Below are positions 54,165 through 64,000 of a DNA stretch of 64,000 bases, piece after piece. Made by a program: the position numbers and the translations under genes. Origin of the DNA: Azolla caroliniana (lineage: Eukaryota; Plantae; Polypodiophyta); assembly GCA_043228905.1 (NCBI GenBank), contig JBHGNT010000007.1:11532001-11596000 (forward strand). The letters run 5' to 3'. The notes below the pieces were generated by a model. It had not been told where the DNA came from and did no database searches. It saw only the letters and a list, made by a program, of their open reading frames with translations. The first letter of the stretch is position 1. Each line of letters starts with the position of its first letter.

Positions 54165-57100
54165 GAGTCAAACTTTTGGTACCATTGCCAAGGAGCTTGC
54201 TTAAGTCCGTATAAGCTCTTCTTCAGCCGGCACACCATGTACTCCTTCCCTTTCCTCTCAAATCCTTCCGGTTGATGCATGTAGATCTCTTGTTTCAGCT
54301 TGTACACCCACTTGTTTCGGAGTGCCCTCTTTCATTTCGGCAATTCCACCAATTCGTATGTGTGGTTCTCATGCAGGGAATCCATCTCGTCCTACATGGC
54401 ACTCAACCACTTGCGGCTATGGGTGTCTCCCCTTGCTTCTTCAAAGCTTTCTGGCTCCCCCTCATCAGTTAGCAACACATGCTCTACATCCAGAAATCTC
54501 CGGGGGGCTCTTCTCTCCTGGAGAGGATATCTCCGTCCTTGGTTTCTGACTACTGGTTCCTCCGTTTGTTCCTCATCCGAGTCCGATTCGGGATCTTGTC
54601 CGGTTTTGGTGTCTTCTCCTTCTTCTTCTTCTTCGGTTGGTTCGGTTTCTTGTCTGTATCTGGCCGGTTCGTCGAGTGTCATATGGTTACTGGCTAACAT
54701 GCAATTTTCAACCGGGTAGATCCTTGTGTCCTCAAACCGGTTTTCATTGGATGATCCGGAGTTGATCATCTCCTTCTCCGACTCCCAGTCGGCAATGGTC
54801 CTGTCTTCCATGAAGACTATGTCCCGACTCCAGAACACCTTCTTGTTGACCAGATCCCACACCCGGTAACCGAAGTCATCATCGTTGTATCCAAGGAATA
54901 TACATGGCTTGGACTTAGGATCCAACTTTGCTCTCTTGTCCTTCGCCACATGCACGTATGCGAGACACCCGAACACCTTTAGATGCCGGTAAGAGACATC
55001 TTTACCGGTCCATACTTTCTGAGGTGTGTCTCCGTCCAAGGGTAGTGAGGGTGATCTGTTTATCACATAGGTCGCCGTTGAGAGCGCCTCAACCCAAAAC
55101 GTCTTGGGTAACTTGGCATGTTAGAGCATGCTCCTGACTCTCTCCATTATGGTCTGGTTCATCCTTTCGGCCAGCCCGTTTAGTTCCGGCGTCTTCGACA
55201 AGTTGAACTCGAGCCGGATTCCCTTTGACCGGGAGTACTCCTCGAACTGCCCCCGGTATTCTCCTCTGTTATCTGCTCAAACCGCCTTCAGCTTCCGGCC
55301 GGTTTCTCTTTCCACTCTCGCGTGGAGCTCCTTGAAGACGGATAGCACCTGATCCTTCGTCTTCAATGGTGAAACCCACAACTTCCGGCTGTGGTCATCT
55401 ATGAACGTCACGAAGTACTGCGATCCGGCATGTGACTTCGTGTCCACTTGACACAGATTGGTATGCACCAGCTCCAGTGGTGCATTCCATCTCATCGGTG
55501 GCCTTGACCGGAAGGAGGTTCGGTTTTGCTTGCCAGCCAAGCAATCGGTGCACTTCTCAAGTTGCACGCCCTTCACTTGAATGAGGTTGTCTTCGGCAAG
55601 CCTCTTCATCCCCTTCTCACTCATGTGACATAGTCTTTTGTGCCACAACTCACCGGTAGTGTTGGATACTACGTTCACTTCTTCTCGGCATATTCGGGCA
55701 TTCATCAAGTACAATGTGTTGATCTTCTGGGCTCGAGCCACTATCAAGCTTCCCTTGTTGAACTTCATAACATCGTTCCGGATGCTACCTGTGTAGCCTT
55801 CATCATCTACCCGACCAGCTGATATCAGGTTCAATCGAACTTCCAAAACGTATCAGACATCCTTCAGCAGCAACTTGCATCTGGTTGATTTCGTCAACAA
55901 CACATCTCCTATGCCAATAATTCGGCATGTCCCTTCATTCCCCATCCAGACACAGCCGTGCTCACCGGCTATGTAGGATGAGAAGCATTTCCGGTCCGGG
56001 GTAAGGTGGAACGATGCTTCGGAATCGACAACCCACGTTGTCTCATTGCCGGCAAGGTTCAACTCACTCTCCTCGATGACGAGCATTAGTTCTTCTTCAC
56101 TTTCCGCGATCGTTGTCATTCCCTTCCGGTCCGGGCCTTGCCGATCTGAACCGTTTCGGTTCAATGACTTCTTCGAATCGGTACTGTCGGTTCCCTTGTC
56201 TTTCCAGAAATGCCGACAATTCTTTTGGAAGTGCCCGGACTTGTTGCAATAGAAGCAAGTCGGCCTCCCCCTTGACTTTGATCGTGTCCCCGACTTTTCC
56301 TGGTTCTAGGGACTCCGATTGCTTTGTCTTCCGCGTTCTGATTCAGTAAGGAGGGCTTTGGCGTTAGAGATCACCTCCTTGTCTTTCCGACATGCCTCCT
56401 CATCTAGCAAGCTCGACTTCACTCTTGGTAGGGATAGTTGTTTTCCTTCCGGCCCGGCGTTGCCCAACGTGACAACGAACGTCTCCCAGCTATCCGGGAG
56501 GGAACCGAGCAGGAGTAGAGCAAGTACCTCATCGGCGAGAGGTACTTCCAATGAGGTTTCCTGATGTATCAACCCCTAGAAGGCATTCATGTGCTCCGCC
56601 ATACTGGAGTCGTCCTAGTACTGGAGCCTCACTAGCTTCCGGAATACTGAAACCGGATTAACGGCCTTCTTGTTCTGGAACATGATGCTGATCTTCTCCC
56701 AGAGTTCATGAGCCTTGCTCTCTTCATGAAGCATCGAATGTCGATGAAGCACCCAATGTATGCCTTCGTCTTCATGTGCATCACCTCCCACACTGTGGCG
56801 TCAATCTTATCCAATCTCTTGTCCCTGAACTGAACCGGCAACCAAAGATCTTTGACCACCAACATATCCCTCATCTTCGACTTCCACACTGAGTAGTTGA
56901 AGCCGGTGAGCTTGAACATGCTGCCAAACAATTCTTCCATTTTCTGTGTTGTTCGATTTGATACCAGATGTTGAGAAAGGCGCGGAATACTGCTCGGCCA
57001 CAACCGAGTCTTGAATCACTTCGATAAGAGTGTAACACAGGAATGGGAATAAACGTACACAAAAAAAAGAAGAAGTACACAGGATGTTTACCTGGAAAAC

Positions 57101-57804
57101 CCTAAATGGGAAAAACCACGGGAGCCCACAGACTCTGAACTATCACTATGAAGAGAAGGGGTACAATCAAAGACTTGTAGGCAACGACCTCGAGCTTGGT
57201 TTCTTCGCTAGGCGGCGGTTACAACAGAGTATCGCTCTGTATCTCTCTCCCTCTCTCTATGTCGCTCTCTCTATACAACAGTCACAACAACAATGATCAA
57301 CACACATATAAAGTGATTGCCCTAAGTCATATTTATACTTATATGAACTTAGGGTTATTTATAAATATAGCCTCAATGGGCTTACTCAGAAACATATTTA
57401 CAGATATGTCTTCTACATCTGGTTCTCACTAGGTCTTCTAGGTCCGGTTCTCACTGGGTCTTCTATGTCCGGTTCTCAAGATCCCATCCGGAGGGACCAA
57501 AATCCCAACAAAACGTTCATGGGTACAACACTAGAAGTGCAAATGCTTTTACGGGTTAGTATACATTGGAGATGATTGAATGCCCAACGACAAGGGGAGG
57601 TATGTCTTCTACATCCGGTTCTCACCGGGTCTTCTATGTCCGGTTCTCAAGATCCCATCCGGAGGGACCAAAATCCCAACAAAACATTCATTGGTACAAC
57701 ACTAGAAGTGCAAATGCTTTTATGGGTAAGTATACATTGGAGATGATTGAATGCCCAACGACAAGGGGAGGGAGGTAGGAAGAGGAAGCGAAACATTCAT
57801 AACA
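54165..57804 (-). mobile_element. Ty1/copia element G (same family as B), 3'-truncated; 5' LTR 56969-57804 with an internal duplication of about 180 bp
   Basis: gag, PR and INT ORFs closely similar to B; PBS variant tttgatacca at 56957-56966; RT deletion near 54290. Confidence 0.9.
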
Positions 57805-59409
57805 CCTCGACCCTTGATATCTCTGATGTGGATATCATCATGTACCACTTCACGCTTACAAAAGCCGGTTGATTAAGGAGGTCAACAATAGATATAATAA
57901 AAGAAAATTTACCAGGTCTACAAGGTGGCTCGAGTCGAAGACAAACGAGATCTGTTACATATAATCTAGAGTCAAACCATTTGGTTTATGACGAAGATAA
58001 TGCATTGATTGGTACATCCAAGGATGACGAGGAGGAATTGTCATTGTATGTAAAGGAGTGATCATGAATGTATTTTTTACTATTAAGTGTAACTACATTC
58101 CGCTTGTAACAAATCGAGTAATACAAAAGAATGTGTTTTGAATTCTTATGATTTCTAAAAACTCGTTTCTTATAAAATAACATTGGTTGTAAAGTTTGTG
58201 ATATAAATTGAGAATTTAACTTTTTGAAATTACTCTTTTTTTATTTATTTCTAAATCACGAAAATAGTGGATTTTTAACCTTTTTCATAGTATATTTGAA
58301 CATGTATGATACTGGTATCAATGTGTTTTGTAAAATCATTGAAAAAGTACTAAAATCAATCAAAATATTCCTTATCCTTCCATTTATGCGTGATCCTTCC
58401 ACTTGTGAACGCGAGCATGTTATTACTTGAACCGTCTTTAGAAGTCCTTTTGTATGACTCACTATTGTAATAGGATTTGGGGATGTCGAATCATCCTCCC
58501 CTTCTTTGGGATCTATTGACATAGGGTCAGAGGACTTGGCAGAATTGATTCGGCTTTTTGTCCCCTTAGCCTTCTTGGGTGTGATGGTCGAATAAACTTT
58601 GTCTCTATTGACTCTGTTGTTTTCGACTCAACACTTCTCTGTCTCTTTCGACTCGACTTTGCCTTTTTCAATTCTAGACGATTTGGCTTTGCCTCGTTGG
58701 CCGATTTGGCTCTTGTTAATCTCTTAGTTGCATCGATTTCGATTTCGACTAGTGGACTTGTTGCCAATTCGGATTCGGCAAGGGGACCATTGGCTTGGTC
58801 AATTTCAACTATTTGTTGAATTGCCGGCTCGTCTTCATCGAATTGGGTGAGGTTCAATGAGACTATTTTGTCAATCTTCTTTGGCTGGGTCTAGTCGGAT
58901 AGTCTGGAGTCTTCATTGAAGACTACGCCGGTACTTTGGATCAATTTTCGGTTCTCCGGATCCCATAGCATAGCGTATAGCCAAATTCCACATCTATGTC
59001 GTGGCCAAGAAATATACATTTAAATGCACGGGCTACCAACTTGGTCCTTTTGTCCCTAGGGATGAAGGCGTAAGCTTCACATTCGAATATGCGAAGCCTA
59101 TCGTAGGTCGGTTGTTTGCTAGACGATAGTGCCTGTGGCACTTCGAGCTGCACTAGTCTCAATGACGATAGTTTTTATCAAGTAGGTGGCCATCTACAGT
59201 GCCTCAACCTAGAATTCCAACATGAGTCCAGAATGTTGGAGCATTGTCGTCACTCTCTCATAGATTGTCCCGTTCATGCATTCTGCCACGTTGTTCTTCA
59301 TGTGAGAGCATGGAATGGTTCTCTGATGTTGGAATCCTTTTCCAGATAGGTACTGTTTGAACGCTAGGGGGGGGTGCACACCTCTTTTGTCAAATCGGAT
59401 AGTTTTTAC

Positions 59410-60659
59410 TGTTGGGGGATAGAATGGCTTCACCCCCCTCCCAAGGGGATTACGTTAGAGAGAAAGAAGGAGAGAGTGAAACAAGGATGACACAAAAATG
59501 AGGGGAAAAAAAACTATATTCCTTATGTGCCCCATAAGGGTTTTTTATAGTACATAATGTAACGGTAAATAATGATCGTTACAAAAAGATGACCGTTACA
59601 TTCTTGTCACATGCACATAATTGTGTATGTGCTCACACATACTCATTCTCACACACTCATATACATATTACATATTACACACCTACAAGCCCATGCCAAA
59701 AAAATTCTTGTTGACCGGAACTCCATCGGTCTTCTCTCACGGTCAGAAATTCTTCGACCGGATTACTGCTCGACGATTGATAACTTCGATCGGAGTTGGC
59801 TTGACACGAACCTTCTCGTTCGATCAACATAATCGCACAATTGGATCGCACACCAATCGTCTTATCCACTGTGCTATCGTTATTTAGATTTATCAATAAT
59901 TGTGGGTGTATGTGGGTGAGTATATATAGATATAGATATGTTTTTCTTCCTTAGTATGTATAGTGATGAGTTGTGTTTCCGAAATCTTATGTCCTGCCCT
60001 TCTGTTTCCGGAATTTGTTTGCGTGCCCTCGAGTTTCTAAAATTCTGTACTATGCCGTTTTGCTTTTGAAATTTTGTCTTCTACCCTTGAGCTTTTGAAA
60101 TTCGAGTGCGTGCCCTCGAGTTATTGTAATTTTCTGCTCTGCCCCTTTATCTTTTCACTTTCTTCGATTTTTTACTTTTTGAAATTATCCTCTCTGCCCT
60201 CAAATTTCTGAAATTTTGTGATCTGCCCTCGAGTTTTTGAATGCCCCTCTCTTCTCTCTTCAATTCTTCAATTCTTCAATTCTTCAATTCTTCAATTCGT
60301 ATTCCAACCTTTCGATTCTAGCGGATGGCGGTGGCGGCGATTGTAGCTTCAAATAGACCTTTCCATTCAAGCCATAGTAAAGACTAAAGAGATTAATAGT
60401 AACATAGACAACAAAAAGTCCATTTGCAGCCAATAAGAAACCCATCACAACTCAATTTCCCTTCGTCTTGAAGATTTCGTGGGCATTGTGTAATTACAGC
60501 TCCCATCGTTCCAGCCCTTCAAATTGCGGCACACTAATAACAGCTGCACAAAATTCATTAAAATCCATCTTGAAATGGAGCCCGTTCTCTTTACCTTTCA
60601 CGTAACCCCCTTGGGAGGGGGGTGGAGCTATTCTAGGCTTCAACCCCCATCCAACAACA
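59410..60659 (-). mobile_element. LTR-derived element with inverted LTR-end termini, relative of 11353-15131
   Basis: TG...CA ends; TSD TTTAC/CTTAC; 59410-59870 is a reverse-complement homologue of about 14570-15131; 60600-60659 is a forward copy of the same LTR end. Confidence 0.8.
60443..60580 (-). pseudogene. CRK: Captured CDPK-related kinase (CRK) C-terminal fragment
   Basis: LHFKMDFNEFCAAVISVPQFEGLERWEL*LHNAHEIFKTKGN*VVM versus recalled CRK motif [39 protein letters not shown]. Confidence 0.75.
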
Positions 60660-60718
60660 CTTACTCTATATCCTACTCGGTTCTCCACTTCGACTAGCCA
60701 CCGAGTGAAGACCTTGAG

Positions 60719-62818
60719 TGTTAGAACCAAGAGAAAAGATTGAGTGGTAGAAGAAAGATGTAAAGAGATCATGAGAAGAGAGGAATGAAGTGATAAGAGA
60801 AGAATGAATGTATTAGTAAGATAGAATGACGATGGATACAAGAAAGGTGACGAAAACTTAAGATTGGTGTTGATTCGAATTGGTTTGAGAAGAATCGTAT
60901 GTCCATATTTATAGGTTCCTATAGAATAGCCTAGTGATTTCTATAATGTTCTAGAATGTTCTAGACCTAGAATATTCTAGACCTAGAATATTCTAAGATG
61001 TTTTAGGATATTCTAGAATGTTCCGGAACATTTACAATAATCAATCTATTACAAGAAGTAGCTTTTATTATTTTATATAATCATATGCTATCCTAATGGT
61101 TAGGTTTTTGACTATGTATTACAAGGTCTTGGGTTCAAGCCCATGTGAAGCCATGATGCTTATGTATTCATGACACTATCTCTCCTTTGAGAATGACGAG
61201 TGGAAGTCATCGTTAACAATGTAGGGCCCGGTCCGTTTGGATAACGGTGATGGAAGTCTTTGACAAGATCTTGAGCATTAGAAAAATTATTGACAGGTTC
61301 CCAAGTGCGATCACTCAGAGGATAGCCAACCCAATCAACTAGATAATAGAGCTTATTTCGCACAATCTTCAAATCAAGAATAACAGCTACCTTGTATTCA
61401 GGGCCGTCAACAAGTTGGACAGAGGGCGGAGGTGGCACGACACGATTAGGAATAGAAGAGGTGTGACAAGGTTCCAAAAGAGAACTATGAAAGACTAGGT
61501 GAAGCTGCATATGTGTTGGAAAATTATGACGAAAGGTGGCATCGTTAATACTCGCAGTGATGAGAAAAGGACCGAAGCGCTGATAATCAAGCTTCTCACA
61601 TGGCCGGGTAGTCCTGATGTGATGACGAAGCAACCATACTTGGTCACCAACCTTAAAAGGAGACTTAAGACGATGGCGATTGATGTTGGTCTTATGTTGT
61701 GTTTGAGCTGTCTGAAGATGTGAAGATAACTCTAACTGGATTCGATGTAGTCGATGAAGATGATGCTCAACACTAGGGTTTCGTGCGACCTTGGGAAGAT
61801 CCAAGATACACCATCGAGGATGGTTACCGGTGTAGGAAAAGAAAGGTGTAACCTTGGTAGAAGAGTGTATTGGGTTATTGTATGCAAACTCAGCAAGGTG
61901 TAGAATATTGCTCCAATCATCTTATTCATAACTGATGAAGCATCGAAGATATTGCCCGAGCGTTTGATTTGTGCGCTCTGTTTGTCCGTTGGTTTGTGGA
62001 TGATAAGCCGAAGAGATTTTGCAGGAGATTTTGAGGCTTGCCAATAGGTGCTTCCAAAAGTGAGAGATAAATTGAGGACCATGATCAGTAATTATATCGT
62101 TTGGAAGACCATGATGGAAAAATACTTCACGCATAATGATATCTGCGGTTTCCTAACTATTGATACTCTTTACACATGGTAAAAAATGTGCCATCTTGGT
62201 AAACGGATCCCCTACTATTAAAATGGTATCAAATCCTTTTGAAGGTGGCAGATCCGTAATGAAATACATAGAAATAGACTACCATGGCTTGGTTGGAGGC
62301 GGTAATGGTTGTAACAAGCCATAAGGATGATGCCTGGGTATTTTGGCTCGACAACAGGTGTCACATGTATGAACGTAATCTTCGACAAATTTTTTCAAAT
62401 GAGGCCACCAAAACGAACGCTTCACCAACTCCAAGGTCTTGGCAATACCAAAATGTCCAGCCATAGGGGCATCATGACAATGCTGTAATATTTGAAGGCG
62501 GGGTGATCCATCAGGGACGTAAAGGAGATTCTTGTAAAAGAGTAAGCCATCTTGCCACTTGAATTCTTGATAATGTTGAGATGAATCTTGCAATGTGGAG
62601 CAAGATGCATGGCTTGGACTAATGTGGGATGAGACATCCTTAGCGAAATCATCAGACTGAAGTTGTTGCCGAATAGTATCAACAAGGCGTGAATCAAGCG
62701 GCATCACATAAACTTTTGTTTCTTGTAGCTTTGATGGTCCTAGTAGAATTTGCTTTTGGTTGTTGGAGGCTGGATCTCTAGGTCAAGGTGCGAGATATGA
62801 ATGTCGAGATAGAGCATC
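60719..62818 (-). mobile_element. Chromovirus (Tcn1-like Ty3/gypsy), 3' part: INT, chromodomain, PPT, 3' LTR 60719-61175
   Basis: HDAPMAGHFG...CDTC, SAYHPQTNGQTER, EYKV..IL...YYLVDWVGY..SDRTWEP; PPT AAAGGAGAGATAG; TTCTAGAA repeats in the LTR. Confidence 0.9.
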
Positions 62819-64000
62819 TGGGAACCGTTTCTGGGAAAACACCTTCGATGAGCCCACAGGCTATCGGTATCAAGGGATCATGTTACGTGGAAGCTTCTTC
62901 TCCATTGAGAAGATGATAGGAGAACGAGGAGCGTACACGGGCTACAACCTGTTAGGCATAAACGTAGCTCGATTTACGAGTACGGGGAGAATACACAATT
63001 AACAGAATAGTAAGAGCGAAACTTATATTAAATGATAAAGCTCACAGTGATTATAGTACACGGCTCTCGGCCAGACACAATTCGTGCAAAGCTCGGTGCT
63101 ACGATATTAATCTCGCTAAAAATGATCTAGATATCTCCTCCCTTTGAGGTATGCCGATCTCGGTTTATATAGTTTTCCTCTTTAGACAGAGCAGAGCCAT
63201 GGACTAATTGTGAGGGCTAAAAAAACTTGACTATTTCTAGTTCTACCTATTTCCTCACCTACTATTCTACCTACCGACGATTTTACATAATGTATTTATA
63301 TTTCTGGCCTATGGACAACACTTGGGACGCCCGTGGGACAGGACTTTGTCTGTCGGACCCACGGTTCACAATGTGGAGGGATAACCACGGGTTTGGCAAA
63401 AACAAAACAAATTACAAAAGTTGCCCGTTTATACAAGGGCTTATGGGTTTGTTTTACTCCACTTCTAATATGTTGAGGATATCCTCGGGGGTGTGGGGTT
63501 GGTCGGGCTACTCGGAAGGTGGGGTTGGTGATGGAGGTTTTGTTGCCGAGTCGGGGATGGCTATGTCGTCGCGTGCGCCGCCCTCTGTTGGTACTGATTC
63601 AGGCGGGATCGGGGTTGTAGTTTGTGGCTTGGTTGGGATGTGGGGATCTGTAGGGGCAGGTTCCTTCGGTTTGGTTGCCGTGGTGGGTGGCTCGGGTTCT
63701 TGCTCGTTGGTCATGGGAGCTCTATTAGTCCTGGTAGCTAGGCGTTCCTCCTTGTAAGCTTCGGCTTCTAAACGAAACACCATTAGATTGTCATTGAATT
63801 CCTCTAGAAGTTGCTCGATGGCCGCGGTGTGGGATGCTTCTAAGCTATGATATTCCTCAGTCAAGTCTTCACGAAGGGTTTGGATGTTGGTGTCATCCGT
63901 TTTGTAAAACCCTCGGCCTTCCTTCCGTCAGTTCTCGACATCCGTGCACAGTATGTGTAGTTCCATGACTTGGGCTAACCACTCCTGCCAGACACAGTCA
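62819..64000 (-). mobile_element. Tat-like LTR element, 3' end (LTR about 62819-63320, inverted PBS 63323-63339, Pro/Thr-rich ORF 63508-63864), runs off the window end
   Basis: LTR TATA on the minus strand (CTATATAAACC at about 63162-63172); TGGGACGCCCGTGGGAC on the plus strand 2 nt from the LTR; left LTR boundary approximate. Confidence 0.65.

Larger units (their letters stand above)
58430..60718 (-). mobile_element. Copia integrase fragment H (family of E), split by the 59410-60659 insertion
   Basis: WLVEVENRVGYRV|KTIRFD is rejoined on removal of the insert; YDRLRIF.CEAYAFIP. Confidence 0.8.

Overview
Eukaryotic plant genomic DNA, most likely from a non-seed land plant such as a fern or lycophyte (inferred from the TE lineages). 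About 80% is nested, decayed LTR retrotransposons: at least 8 Ty1/copia pieces, a near full-length tRNA-Trp-primed Ty3/gypsy element plus a related solo LTR, a Tcn1-like chromovirus and Tat-like elements. There are also two hAT-type MITEs and two tandem LINE 3' fragments. One intact host gene could be reconstructed by hand: a 6-exon, 387-aa EamA/DMT transporter on the minus strand (49453..39382) with TE-filled introns. A ParB/Srx-like pseudogene lies at about 2.2-2.9 kb. The most unusual signal is a set of tRNA-Arg (Tat-like) LTR elements whose polypurine tract is replaced by an inverted primer-binding site, i.e. a tRNA 3'-end mimic ending in CCA (11353-15131 and 62819-64000). A relative (59410-60659) has inverted LTR-end termini. 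Both short members carry captured host-gene fragments, one from a CDPK-related kinase and one from a coiled-coil gene. Coordinates were read by eye; family names come from motif recognition, not database searches.
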